64,000 nucleotides of DNA from Amphiscolops sp. MND2022. Its lineage: Eukaryota. Of this stretch, positions 22,786 through 36,800 are shown one piece after another. The position numbers and the translations under genes are program-made. Location of the stretch: contig OZ076413.1 of NCBI GenBank assembly GCA_964187785.1, positions 45,076,001 through 45,140,000 of the forward strand, written 5' to 3'. Under the pieces are notes generated by a model. That model had not been told where the DNA came from and searched no databases. It worked only from the letters and a program-made list of their open reading frames with translations. The stretch's first letter is position 1. Each line of letters opens with the position of its first letter.

Positions 22786-23294
22786 TTAAACAACAGGAAA
22801 GGTAGATATGCCGTTTTCAACTAGTCCATTGGGGCTTTTAGCAATCCTAATGTATCCGTTTTCACCCCAGTTTTGACCCCAGCAGTTTTTCACCAGCCAG
22901 TAAGCACCATGTTCCGGGTCACTTCCGTATCCAACAACAAGTGCGACGAAACCTGTTGCTCGGCCTCTGGAATGGTCTCTGTAAATTCCGGACCTATAGA
23001 ATTGTAACCTATAACTAGGTGCCATCTGGATTGATACTGGACCCACTTGATCCAAAATAGCTTCCAGAGCTATCTGATCTTTCTTAGCTACATGATTGGA
23101 CCTTTCGAATTTTATCACTATTCGTTTTCCCAGCTGTCGGCAATTGCCTCTTTTTCCTTCGAAAGGGTAGTCTTCCTCGGCAACTGCCCCCACTTTCGTG
23201 AGAAAGGACATGGCCCTCGAAAATGAAACCCCTCCAAACTTAGGGTCCCATGCACAGTCCAAGACATGTTGCTCACTGAGTGACACAAGATGGT
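22786..23294 (-). CDS. Cathepsin-L-like (papain C1A) gene, exon 3 (last)
   Basis: Acceptor TTTCAG, phase 1 matching exon 2; LVSLSEQHVLDC, YPF.G..GNC, VGPVSI, FYRSGIY, LVVGYG, YWLVKNCWG..WGENGY; catalytic His position is Phe. Confidence 0.9.
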
Positions 23295-23836
23295 CTGAAA
23301 GCATCAACTTAAGAAGAAAGTTTCACATCACAAGACTTCAATTTCACGTCCGACAAAAATTCCAAGTTTGAGTCATTTAATTAACCGCCCTTTTTTAACG
23401 AATTCAAACGTTTTGTAAAAAAAAACTTGTTCATTCCATTTGCGACAATTCCCAATTGTGACCTATGTCCCTTTTGAACGCTTCGTAACATTTCGTCGAA
23501 ATCAACTGGGGAAAACTATTTCTTCGACAGAAACTTTTCGTCGACGTTTTTCCAACGAAAGAGGAAAACGAATACATTTTACATCTTTCTCATCTGAACA
23601 AAAATGATGGAAACCGGATGAAGAAATGAATCAAACCTACTCCTCCTAATGTCGCTGTCCTAATGAAAACCTAATGTCGCTGCTTCGTTCGAGCACGAGA
23701 TTTATGGTACGAAAGATTCAAGCGACTTCCAAATAAATAATTTGTGTCAACTTCTGAATACACGAAAAACTACATCTATGATAAACCCTGATATGTCATC
23801 AGAAGTTCGTTCATAGAAAATGATATCCCAAAGGTG

Positions 23837-24096
23837 CCCGGGTCCTAATTGACGAGGTTTCTATGCGATTCCTGTCCATGGAACCATATGATCGGCTGCA
23901 TGGAATTATGACGTTCTTGCCTTCCATACGTTTCCATGAATGGAATCATATGAAACCATGCGATTCCATTCAAGGAAACTGATAAAAATTATCGTATGGA
24001 ATCATAAGATCTCATCCATGGAATTGCATGGAATTGCATGAAATTGCATGGAATTGCATGGAAATGCATGGAATCACATGTGGCGTTGGATCCGGG
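23837..24096. mobile_element. Short MITE-like element with CATGGAATTG 10-mer array (possibly CACTA/CMC type)
   Basis: Ends CCCGGGTCC / GGATCCGGG flanked by TG on both sides; internal (CATGGAATTG)n at ~24017-24075. Confidence 0.4.
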
Positions 24097-26093
24097 TGTT
24101 CAATTACATAAATACGTAAGTGATTCCAATTTCAGGAACTGTGTCTCAAAATTGGTTAATAATTTTTGTGCTAAACTTATGTATAGAAGAAACTTATGTA
24201 TTTATGGTATACACATGTGTATATAGGAACATATGGTATGAAAAGAACTTTAACAGTGAGAGTGTTTTGCGTACAAAATCCGTTAAAAAAGACAAATTTA
24301 GCAGACGCTCTATAGATGTGCATCACTAGTCCTCCAGCTAGTCAGCAAAAAAGCCTTCGGAATACAGTAGTGGGAGAATTGTTCCGCGCTACGATTTGTG
24401 ACAAAGTTTCGGACGATAGATAAAAGGTCTAAATACGCAGAAATTACCAGGTATTCGGAGAAACCGTTTACTTGAATGTTTTTGCCATTTCGATCAGAGC
24501 ACATTCGAGTTTCTTGCGAACATCTACGATCAATATCCCAGGAGTTTGCGAAAATCGCATTTAGACGTATTAGAATGAAGTTTGGCTCAGTAAGTAGTTA
24601 GAGAATTCCCTCCTCAGATCAGGCTCAACTTAATAAAACAACAAAAAAAGACCATTTTGGGTGCTTCACGCCAAAGTAAGCCTTATGATATTTTCAATTT
24701 TATCTAATCCAAGGAATGAATTTTCTGACTACTTGTAGTCATAAAAATAAGACACATTGATTAACACATAACTTGTAAGAGAACCAGATACCAGTTTTTT
24801 TTCTTTTTCAGTGCTTGAGTGTAACCAATATTCCAACAACACGATTATTCCCTCTGGTGTATCCTTAAACGTACAATTATTCCTGGATATTCCTGGGAGT
24901 ACAATTAATCCTAGATATTCCTGGGCGAACAATTAGGAAGGAAAAAAGAAAAAAATCATTACTTTTTGGTTTTGTGGGTTTATTTATATTTTTGATGAAG
25001 TTTATGGAATTAACAGTGCACAGTAAGTAGTACTGAATTCAAAATTTCATTTCGCTGTGCACCATTCATTTCACTTTTCATTTTCGCGTTAGAATGCGTA
25101 ACCATTTTCATTCGTTTAAGATAGCCTCCACTTCGATAAAAAGTGTACACGGTTACATCTTTTTGTGAAAATTTGACTAAGTTCCAATAAAAACTTGAGC
25201 CTAAACAGCGAAAAAAGGTGTACACTATTGTGTGAAAATTTTTCCAAGTCCCAAACGGGCTTCTTTTTAACCGTCTAACATCGAAAAAAAAATCAGTATG
25301 GATGATTCTCAAACATTCGTGGAAACGTTTGACATCATTATGGCTGGTTTGTTGTCCAAAATACCAAATGATAACATTTGCAAACTTCAGACGAAATTTT
25401 TGATTCCAATAAAGAGTTTGCAACATTGTTTATTGTAAATCAAGAAGAATTTGAACAAGAACAACTAGCTAGAGAACAGAAACTGGAAGAAGATGAAATC
25501 ACAAAAAAGCAACAACAAGTGGATCAAGTTTTCAAGATTTTATTGGACCCCATTGTAGAATCCGGTTTGGATGAAAGAGTCGTCCTGAGTCAGCGATTTA
25601 ACACCCAAACGAAATTGGTGAATGCAATAAGAAATTGTCAGATCAAGGCAAGGGTTCATGTACAAAAATCGTTGCAGAGTATACTGAACATTGCATTGTT
25701 GCTGTGAATAGCAAAAACGAAGTTCAAGAGAAAGTATTCGAAAGCTTTGGAAGAAGTGGGCTACTCAAAGTCTTATGGTTGTTTCATGATGCAGCTCCTC
25801 TACTTGGCTGAGCCTTGTCCAGATTTTCAGAGAGTTTCAATATCAATGAGGTTCATCTGTTCAATTATTACCATCACTGAATCAAATGTTCATTGGCATT
25901 TCAAGTCGTCAGACGTACAGGATTTGTGAACACTTCATTCAATTGGTTTTGGGATTCGTAATTGAAATTTGTTGTTGCGTTTTGGTACATACCTTTACTT
26001 GGGAAAAAAATCAGATCATGTCTCAACAGATAACAATTCTAGACAAAGTCCACAGGAAAAAAATTGTAATATGAAGAAATATATAATTAAGTA

Positions 26094-26890
26094 ATGCAGA
26101 AAATTGAATTGAAAAAAATAAAAGCCAACGAAATTTTCTCTCCACTAATTAAAAAGTTTGATCGCATTGAAAAGGTTCCCCATTATAAAGATGAAATTTG
26201 GAGTAATGATCTGATTGATAGCTCAAGTTTAAGCGAATACAATATCAAATTCAAATTTATTTTTACCATTTTTGATAACTATGCAAAATATGCTTGCGCT
26301 AATCCTCCTAAAGACGACAAATCAGGAGAAAGTACAACAAAAGCATTTAAGAAACTAAAAAGTAAAAGAAACCCCCAAAAAGTGTGGTCTGATAGAGGTA
26401 AATAGTTTTTCTAATAAAACATTTTTGGATTTTCTTAAGTATAAGGAAATTCAAATTTTTTCAACTCACTCAAATTAGTTTTCGTTGAACGCTTTGATAA
26501 AACCCTATTAGATCTTACAAAAGAACCAATGAGTATTGAAGGGAAAAATTGTTGGCTGAATCATCTTGATGCTGGTTTGGTAAAGTATTATAATCGTGTG
26601 CATCGTGCGATTCATAAGACACCTTTTGAAGCAAATGATAAACTAATACCTAATGTATTACCTGGTAATAATAAATTTCCAATATTTCGAAGGGGAGTCT
26701 ATGTAAGAGTTCCTGACAAAAGGAACATTTATTCAGAAGCTTATACAACAAATTGGAACCGAGAACTTTTTGAAAAAATAAAATTATTCCAACTAACCTC
26801 GGTACTTATACTTTAGAAGACGAAAACTGCAAACTAATAGAAGGAAAATGTTATGATCAAGATTTTTTACGGAGTGTATTCAACTTTGAC
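26094..26890 (+). pseudogene. Polinton retroviral-like (rve) integrase remnant
   Basis: EIWSNDLID..FIFTIFDNYAKYA..PQKVWSDRGK..VERF..YYNRVHRAIHKTPFE..GVYVRV..YTTNWNRELF; stops and frameshifts. Confidence 0.85.
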
Positions 26891-28278
26891 TCTAATCAGA
26901 AGGTTTTAGAAAGTATGCATTTTTTCCATCATTTTGAAAAATTATTTAATTATAAATCGTGTCATTACATAAATTTGGGTATAGTGCCGGGAAGCTGCAG
27001 AAAAGGAAGATTGAGAAGTCAGAAAAAAATTTGGAACCACAAACCAAACTAATCAACATAAGACTTAAGGATATGAATAAGACTTAATAACCTAGAAAAA
27101 CATTTTATTTAAAATAATACTGATGTAGAAGAAATTCAATTTAACAATGGTGAAACTAAGGTTGTAGTCAATGCAAAGTTATTTTTAGATATGAACGAAA
27201 ATATAGAAGAGATAAAATTAAAATTGAAAATAGGATTTTGAAATTAACTTATTAGAAATTAAAAAAGGATCTCTTTTGGATGCTGCTAACTTAGATGAAG
27301 AACAACAAACTACTTTAAGTACTGAGTTTCATCGAAACTTTATATTAGAATTGTAACCAACGCGAGATGGGGCGGTCAAAGATGTTATACAACTTTTGTA
27401 CAACGAAGGATTGTTTGATTCATTCAAAAACAAATAAGACGCCTTTGCTTCGTATTTGGTCTTTACAGGTGAATTTTTATTGGAAAAATATGGAACAGAA
27501 ATGAAAACATCCGACGGCATTAACTACGTATGAGGCTTAGACTAATCAACGAGAAAAGATATCTTGAAGTGCTTGAAAAAAGACCAGTATGCCGACTTCG
27601 TTGACTTTGCATATAGAATGAACTTAACCAATACCGAAAGAGATTTCATACTTTTTGACTAGATAAATAAGAAACAAATATATCCCAGTTTGCCTGCAGA
27701 TAGTGTTAACGATAGCCTAAACCTAATAAGCCTAAGCAAAATAAATAGTTTCAATAATTGAATTTCAAAATATAAAAGAAATTTAAAAACTTCATATTCA
27801 AGAAACGCAAAAGTATAAAAGTAAAACACAAACTTAAAACATATAATCTTCATTAAATGTTTAATACAATCGGTTGATGGTGTTTTAGTACTAGCTGTTT
27901 CCGCGAGTTGTATCACACTCACCATGATAAGGGACTTGTTGTTGTCCCTGACGCTGGTGGTATTGGTGCAGTTTTATGTATATATTCCTTAAACTTATTG
28001 GCGAGTACCTGAAACAAAAGAACAACATCATCTTAAAATATATACACTTTCTGGTACAACTTTGAATGGTTTTCTGTAAACTACATTCGTGATGTTTAGA
28101 AGACAATACCATTGACCAGAATGAATACAACAAACTGAATCAAACTTTCGATGCGTATAAAAATAATAAAACTAACTAGATTTGAGTTTACTTTTTCTGG
28201 AAAAATTCGTTCAGTAATAACAATAAAAGTAAAAGTTTTAATTGATTTACACAAGTATATCGTTTTTCTCTTTAATAA

Positions 28279-29503
28279 ATGGAATTATTTTCTTTGAAAA
28301 ATAAACATGCTCTTAATAGTCCTATTCATTGAATTGATTTTATTAAATACTCACCTAGTGGTCTAGCTACAGTTAACAACAGCACCAACTCCAATATTTC
28401 AATCATTTTCCCCAGAGAAGATGCAAAAATTTGTTTGCAGATTTCCTACATTAGTAGAGAATTCGAATTTCTTGAGAAAAACAATACACACTACGTAGAC
28501 AACGACGAAATAAGCTTGGTCAACTTTGGACATTTTGCTTTATTCAGTGAAGATAAACTGGTAACTTTCTCCTAAAAACGTCTAGAGAAGGTTGACAACC
28601 TGCGTCCGGTATCTTTTATGTATAAATTGGTGACTAGCACCCAACAAACAAGCCAATTGCTGTAAGAATTTGAAGAATGAGAAGCCATCAGGCAATGAGA
28701 TCTAACAAACAACAAGGAAGAAAAAGGAACCTTTTTGGTGAGAAAAAAACTAACTGATGTATTTGGATATGCTGATCAAGAAAACATTACCTATGAATTG
28801 GGCTACACCTTAACACTAAAACGTAAAATTAGTACCGACCCCATCATTAGGGATAATGCGATTGCAGTAGCAGAAATAGGTATAAAAGAAACTGATTGGT
28901 ACATTCCACACTTCACCCCATCAGTGGAAATCCAGCAGTTCGTTATGAACCATTCATTAAACAAAGACCCAACCGAGAATGTCTTTTAAAAAAGATGTTA
29001 AAACTAACAATAATAGGACTACTTTTGAATTAGGCCACAGCGGCGAATCAACACCTACACACTTAATACTTTCATTTCAAGCTAAATTCTAATTGATTCA
29101 CATTTATATAACAACTCCACATTTGATCAACTTCAAGTAAGTAATGACGTTTGTAAAATAGGATCAGAAAAAATTCCGATGATGGAACAGAATGTGATTA
29201 CAATCGTGACTACGACCAAGCATACCGCGAAATCGAAAACTTATTTGTACTCTTTTCCCAAACTAATCTACTCAATCCGTTGATAAGTTTGCAAAAATTC
29301 CGAACATAATAAACCTTCTACGTGTTCGACCGAAGTAAGCAAAAACCAGCCATAGCATCTCAACCTATTAGATTAGATTTTGAATTTAATGCCGCGTTCA
29401 ATCTTGCACACTACGTGGCCTATGCCCTTGTACTAACATCAAATAAAATGAATTTTAGTAGTGATTGGCAAAGACATTTCGATCTTTTATATGTTGAATA
29501 TAA
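28279..29503 (+). pseudogene. Polinton major capsid protein remnant
   Basis: DFIKYSPS...NISIIFPREDAKICLQ, VFGYADQENITYELGYTLTLKR, WYIPHFTPS, VFDRSKQK..PIRLDFEF..YVAYALVL resemble Polinton MCP; many stops. Confidence 0.7.
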
Positions 29504-29519
29504 TCCGACTTTCCTTTTT

Positions 29520-31950
29520 TTCATTTTAAAAACTCTACCCGATCACTTATCATCTTGTTTAAGATAAAATTACAATTCCTATAATGTGTCATATACTTGG
29601 TTTTCTCTGTTATGTCAAACGTTAGCTTGGTGGTTGGCTTATTATTTGCAACTACAGAAATCATATGAGCACTAAAACTATTTTTGCGGGCTTGTGGTTG
29701 GTCAGAGGGAGATAATTGCAGGTTTTCCGTATCTTGTTTGCTTTCGGCTGGGTATTCCAAGTCACATTCTATGAAAGACCCTTAATCACTATTATTCAGG
29801 GTTTGTAAATGCTTTGTAGATCATCTACGGCAATGGCAATGATTTCAAATTCGCCTGTTGGTAAATATTGGCTCATGGCTCATCCATTTCAAAGTGTTAG
29901 CCTCTTTGTAAAGGACTTGTGTGTGTGCCAACACTCGACTCTATGTACTTGTCACCTAAAACAGTACTATTTCCGCGGCGTATGTTGTTTTCTAACAACA
30001 ACAACAACAACAACAGAAATTTACCTTTGATATGATCTAAAGTAACTTTAATCTTAATCCTACTTTCCAGGTATAAGTTGGCAGTGAAAAGCTGCATAAA
30101 AGGGAACATGTATTTTGTTCAGTACGTTTTTACAAAGTTTTCAAACACGTCTGCTAACAAGAACACATCACATTTCATATAAAACAGTGAGATGTTGCCC
30201 ATTTGTCAGTTATTACGTTCTATATCTTTGTCACTAGCAAATGATTGAGTTATTTTTGACCAGTAATCTTCTTTGGTTAGGTGTAATTCTTGATGCATGT
30301 TTTGTTAATTAAAATATTCAAATGGGTAGGCTAGTGTTTGTTTTAGCAATTCATCCAAACCAATAGAGTATTGGATATTCATTTTGATTCCTAACTAATT
30401 TAATCAGACTTGAACTTGAAAATCTGCACAAATCTAAACCCGTAAACAACCCACTTGTATTGAAATATTGTTTTCCAAACGTTTTGGAAGAATTTGAATT
30501 TTCAATCCCAATGCAAGTGCTTTTGTTAAAAAGGATTGAAAAATCAAAAGACAGTCACATCCACTAAGGTTGTGGAAAAACACTGGAACGAAGTTTGACT
30601 TGTCTTGGGGACAATTTAAATTATTTTTATTACATGCTGCTCCTCGGTACTTGCCAGTAAGATGATCATGATCTCTTAATTCAGCCTCTAATAGTTTTTC
30701 ACACAGCCAACACTCACTACTTTGCTTGAATAGTTCTTCTTCTTCAGGGGAAGTTTGTATTTCTCTACTTTGTGTAAAACACTCACTAGATGTTTGTTCT
30801 AATTCTAACCAATGATCAACAAACCAGTTTGTGCATTTTTTTTCGGAAATCTGAATCATACTTGTTTCCAAATGGCGGTTTTAGTAAATATCTTGCTGCA
30901 ATTGGAAAGTGTTTGTATAAATTATTATCACTATCAGGAGGTTGTTTAATACATTCGAAATCCGCGTATACTCTGAACGGTAATTGTATTTTCATATGGT
31001 GGTCTTGAAACACAATCTTGTCTTTTTAACCCTAATTAGCCGGTTTTTGTTTTATTCATCTTGCTATATGATCAGATAAAACTTGTTCTGAACTGAATGC
31101 ACTAATAACTCTACGACATTTTACTTCTTTACTTGTGCAGTTTTGTTGTTAGGCAATAATGGTTTTCATACATTAAGTCTATTTGTGGTTCAGTATATCT
31201 AGCTTTAGTATGGACTGGTGACAAAACAGATCCAGTGAAATCAAAGACATTCATCTTCAAATTGTTTAATCGATGGAACTTAGGAATATACTTGATGCGC
31301 ATAGGAAACTCTAAGTTTTGCATATTCAACGCAGATAGATAGTTAGAAAAAAATGTTGGACGGGTTTTGTTTTGTGTTACTAGATTTTTGAGAGCTATGG
31401 TGCACCATCAGAAACTATGGTGCACCATCAGAAACAGAAGACACCATCATTTTGTATATTAAGATTTGATTTAGAGTTTTTGTATTTCTTTGGCAATTCA
31501 ATCTAACTACTTGCCGAGATGTCTTGTGCTCTATAGAGTTCAATTATGACTTCTGTGATACAACCAAACACAGAAACCAGATCCTTCTAGTTGTTCATCA
31601 TCTACACACTTTAACATCTGCTGGTGAATATCATGAATATCATAGTTTTACATCATATTTGATTTTATCCATCTATTGAAAACTTCTTCGGTATCGTTGA
31701 TGTATTTAACAAACTTGGCCAAATAACTTACCTGACATCTAGATACAGCAAATACTTTTTGTGATAATATCTGCTTTCTCGCTATATTATTTTTCTTGCT
31801 ATATCTTCATTTGGAGTGAGTTTGTACTTGACGTATGTTGTAGTAGTAATTACTAGACCTGTCATGAATAAATCTTTTTTTTATTTCTTATTCATGGTTC
31901 GGATGTTTATGTTCATCCGAATTTAGAGGGCTAGTTTTATCTGATAATGG
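29520..31950 (-). pseudogene. Protein-primed DNA polymerase B remnant (C-terminal palm apparently deleted)
   Basis: PFRVYADFEC; CWLCEK..RDHDHLTGKYRGAAC..NL; VPVFFHNLSGCD; IRRGNS; AMSQYLPTGEF; EYP; no YxDTDS seen; boundaries approximate. Confidence 0.85.
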
Positions 31951-32338
31951 CAAATATGGTTTACATTTTATGAAAATTTTGATTCATTTTCTCGAAAAGT
32001 TTTACTGACTCTAGATGATCAGTTTTTGATTTTTTTTCTGAATTGCAGACGGAACAAAAATCCTGTTTCATATTTATTTACGAACGAAAACAGAATTTAA
32101 TAATGATGAATGGTTAGGACTTTATCTCTTTCTTTATTAATAAATGACAAAAGATTATTTAGGTTATGTATTAGCTTCAGAGCAGAAAAATTTTTTCTTC
32201 AGGTGTTTTATTATGTTGGTCCAATTTGTATTTAAATTTGTATTTTATTTTGGATATATTGGTCATATATTCACGCTAGGCATTATAGGAAATTTTATTC
32301 ATCTTTAAAACAGTTTAGAGGATTTTAAACATTCTCAT

Positions 32339-32900
32339 TTGACTAATCATGAAGAAAATTCTTTGAGTCCTGCGATAAGTAATACAAAGTGTCATTTGTT
32401 AGTTTATGGTAGTAGTGGTAGTGTGAGGACTTGTTGTTTGAAAAATTATTTGAATCAAACTACATCTGAGTATCTTGTATTTGGCAGAGACAGTACTGAG
32501 TTCCACGAACAAATATTCGTCGACTTACTGCAACTAGATACGTTTGGCATCAAGTCACTTGCTAATAAAACAATATTATAAGATGTTGCAGGTGCCTATA
32601 AGCAACCAAAAACAACAGTGGAGTACAAAGATGTTTTTCCAGTAGTAAGGGAGAAGTTTTTGAAAATTTTTATATCACTTATCAACCCGGATACCTTTTT
32701 TGAATCTATATCAAACACATACTCAATAGAAGATGTCACAAAATGGAACAATATCGTGATCAGTTGAATTATGGTAAGATAGAATTTGAAACAAGATCAC
32801 AAACTACAAAATACTGAAGAGCAAGTACGAACTACTATACGATACTAAAAAACAATAGTGAAGTCCTGAAGACTACGTATGTTATGAACCTTTATTCTTT
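32339..32900 (+). pseudogene. Possible packaging ATPase remnant
   Basis: HLLVYGSSGSVRT resembles a Walker A (GxSGSGKT), with a Walker-B-like TIL*D further on; fits Polinton context. Confidence 0.55.
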
Positions 32901-34424
32901 ACTGGAGATGAACAAATTACGTTGAAAATCTTTTTAGAAGAGACGACTGATCAAACCATGGAAATAACCCCACGAAAGGTAGCACACTACTACGTGGAGT
33001 ATTGTAAACAAAATAACATCAAAGTAAATGAATCCAACATAAGAAACTATGTTGAACGCATGCAACAACCCCTGATATGGGACAAACTTAAAGAGGAATA
33101 TAAAAACATTATTTTTTTTACCCAAGCAGTAAGGATTGGGAAGCAAATCATGGGTTTGATTTCTTAGTGATTCTTTTACTAAGAGCAATTCACTAAAAGC
33201 ACTATATAGAAATTGGTTAGGTACTGGGTGTCGGGTTTTGTACCTAACCAAACACGTTCTTAGTGCTCTTAGTGAATTTCGTAGTGCTCTTAGTGATGAA
33301 TTTTTACTGAATAATTGAAGTGAATAGATTGTGCTAACAGTTCTAATCAACCAGTTTGTGCTGATTGTGAGAATAAAAAGAGGTGCAAGGATTGCAATTT
33401 ACTTATGTTGGTATTTTATAAAAATGAAAGCAGGTCTGAACATAAAAAATGCAAGGAATGTTTTATAAAAAAAATAAAATGTGAATACTGTGATCGGGAA
33501 TTCAACCAAACATACATATAAAAACATTAAAAACACTCATACTAACATTGCAGAAATTAAAACAAATCTTTCGAATGAGTATCATCCAAATGATAATAAA
33601 ATGAGTCAAATAAGACATTAATAGTTGGTCTTCTTTTTGTGGAAAGACACACTTGCTATTAAATAATATAAAATTATTCGATTGGATGACCCACTGAGAA
33701 AAATACACATCGTAACTAGAGATCTCCGGAACAAAATAACGGTATTGAAAATGAAGTTTTTTCAGTAGAAGGAGATGTACTGGGTGTGGAGTCGTACCAA
33801 AATGCTTGTGGTGTGTTTGATATGGTGGATACTAACCATAAATCAATAGATCCCCTTTTACTAGAGGAAGAAGCCATGATTGTGATGTTTATTATTCATC
33901 ACAAAGTTTCTTCGATTGGCCTAAATGTACCATAAGGAACAACTCGAATGGTAGAATATTATTTCAACAAACACTGAAAGATGTAGAACACATTTAAAGA
34001 GACATAGCTGGTTTTGATATGTCTTTGACGAGTGAAAGAATTTGTGCAGGGAGGCATGGCGGGAGAAGTAAAACTATTTATTGATAAAAAGGCTAGAAGA
34101 TAAAAACGAATGTACGTGTAAGCTTATTCTAATACGGATTATAAAATCTTTACTCCACAAACGGTTCCTTTTTTACCTAAAAGCTGAGACAGTGTTTTAG
34201 TGTTGATTTGTTGTTATACATTCATATTCAAGTGGTTTATCGACAATTGCTACGATTCATTCACTATGCAATGGATTATCATTTCCTCTTACATTCTCTA
34301 ACACGAATATTTTTAATTGTTCTTCAACCTCATCTGGATCAGATGGAGAAAGACATATTGATATAATTCACTCATCCACTCCCTAACTGTGATTGTTGTT
34401 TTCTATCTATCTTTCTATCTATCT

Positions 34425-34624
34425 NNNNNNNNNNNNNNNNNNNNNNNNNNNNNNNNNNNNNNNNNNNNNNNNNNNNNNNNNNNNNNNNNNNNNNNNNNNN
34501 NNNNNNNNNNNNNNNNNNNNNNNNNNNNNNNNNNNNNNNNNNNNNNNNNNNNNNNNNNNNNNNNNNNNNNNNNNNNNNNNNNNNNNNNNNNNNNNNNNNN
34601 NNNNNNNNNNNNNNNNNNNNNNNN
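34425..34624. other. Assembly gap (200 N) next to a TCTA microsatellite
   Basis: Run of n. Confidence 0.99.
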
Positions 34625-35559
34625 CTACAATTTATTCCGTATTACTTTGCCTAGTTGTATATTAGTTTGAAAGTATGAAAGAGCCGGGTCATATAAATCG
34701 CATGTGTTACCACTACTCATGTAGGTTCGTGAAGTACCTTTGTTCAGTGTTTGTTAAAGATTAGTAGGTTACGTTTGAATAAATTTGGATTAAATTCAAC
34801 AGGGTCTAAACTGAATTGACTTTTTTTTCAGGAAGTTGTAAACTGTTTTTGTGATGCTAGAATCATTTTGGTTAGAATTAACAAGCTTAGTGAGTAGTTG
34901 ATTATTGCAATTTGTATTCTCATGATATTCTCCCCTTCCGTCGTTAATAGATTTTTGTAAATTTTCATTTAGAATATCACAGCTGTGTTGTTTGCTCTAG
35001 TTCCATCTTGTATTGCGTTGAGTAGTTTGAGTAGAATCACGTAGCGCTTGTTTTTGCCTTTCGAAAAATACTTGTTGATTAGTTTGGTTTTGGTTCTGTT
35101 TTCCAGCAACAGGTTCGAAAACGTCCATATCGTAAGGAAATCTTGCTTCCCAAGTTTCTCTTTTAGAATTTGTTTGTGGATTAAAGATCTTGTTTCTTGC
35201 AATTGTTTTTCAGTTTTTTTCTAAATCATCACAATTATGAATTGAATACATTTCTTAATTTAAAATAAACTTAAATTTTTATCTATAGACATAATCATAC
35301 ATATATAATGAATCAATCATTTTTACCCAGACATAAACCCTTTTTTTGATGAACAAATTTTATATTACCACGAGCAGTTGCTGCAATAAGTTTTAGATTT
35401 GCATTGCTGCTGCTGTTCCTAACTTAGCTGCGAGCTCTAATGCTCTTCCGGGATTATTGAGTATTTTCTTTCCAACAATCTCAGCTACAGAGCCTTGCTA
35501 AGAAAAAAAATACCCGGTCGTTGTGCAGCAATAGTTTGATCTGATACTACAGAGGTAAC

Positions 35560-36290
35560 ATTTGTTCTCGAACTCCATTATTATTTGAGCCATCAACATA
35601 GTCATACTTCAGATGAACCTTGATTATTGATGTAATCTTAACTGGTTTGTCTGATCTATGAGTTCCTGCTGGGTAATCATTGTTTGTAAAACCTAAAAGG
35701 ATGTCAAGTCCTGAATTAAAATGGATGGGGTTTTAGGTTGTTAAAAAAAGATTTATTGATATTGTTCATGCTTTTATGTTGAATTCAATACCAGTAAAAT
35801 ATGACTCAGAAAGTTTTTACTTGACGGTATTATTTATATCAATTAGGTCATATACTCCTGGCGCAGGAGGAGGAGGTTCAATTTTTTTTTAATCTGTCAA
35901 AATCTTCAAAAGTAAGTTTTTTGTTTTTAGTATTAGTTATAGTATCATTAGCTTTTTATACAAATTCATTTTATTCATATACTCTCTATCTTTTAAGTTA
36001 TTGGTTTTCTATTTAACAAAATAGGTATTCACAAAGTTTCAAAATTCATTGTTAACTGAATTTCAATTCCAAGTTCTTTGAGTTGTTGATCTGTTAAAAC
36101 AAACTCTAGTTTGTTATTGCAAGTGCTGATATTACACACTGTATTGCATACTTCTAAACTTGTTACTCCCATCATCCATTTTTCTTCAAGTTGTAGAAGC
36201 ACATCAAATGAAAGAGATTCTTTTTGTTCGTTTATTTTAAATTCTTGAGTTTCTTGTGGTTTAGAATGAAAGTTTGATAGATCCACTTTA
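35560..36290 (-). pseudogene. Possible Polinton minor capsid (penton) remnant
   Basis: FKINEQKESLSFDVLLQLEEKWMMGVTSLEVCNTVCNISTCNNKLEF, later PPAPGVY and LGFTN..YPAGTH.SDKPVKIT; typical penton pattern, by eye. Confidence 0.55.
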
Positions 36291-36501
36291 TATACATGAA
36301 ATTGTTTGTATCCACTACCGGATATGTTGTTGATATTTTCTTGTCTATCTTTTGTTAATTTTTCCTTTTTTTCGGATTTTGATTTGCATTTGAATACTCC
36401 TTCGGATGATTTAAACAGAGTTCAATAAGTATTAATTTTCTTCATTTTATAATCATGAATATGTCTAATATTTTTTCACTGATGTTATTGATAATATAAA
36501 T

Positions 36502-36800
36502 TTAGTACTGCATTTTCATAATCCATTGTATTTGCACGGTATAAAGTGTATAAGCAATACGCCGCACAATAGCCATCATTTTTCCTAATTTGTTATTCTG
36601 AATATTACCTTTATTAATGTGATTTGTTATAAGTCGTGGAGGAGGGTAGCCATATGAATCAAAGTAATACTCGTTAATAAACATAACCCAGTGTGTTCCT
36701 TTACTTTGGCGTAAATTGACTGCACCTGATTTTGTACAGAAAGTATCATCTCTCATATATACTCCACACGTAGTGTTAAGGATTTTTAAGATTTCTTTTA
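36502..36800 (-). pseudogene. Adenain-like cysteine protease remnant
   Basis: VNLRQSKGTHWVMFINEYYFDSYGYPPP matches the Polinton/adenovirus protease GTHW...YFDSYG pattern. Confidence 0.8.

Noticed and set aside
31397..31435. Short tandem duplication ATGGTGCACCATCAGAAAC
   Set aside because: Ordinary decay lesion in the PolB remnant
34389..34670. ORFs containing X runs
   Set aside because: Artefacts of the N gap
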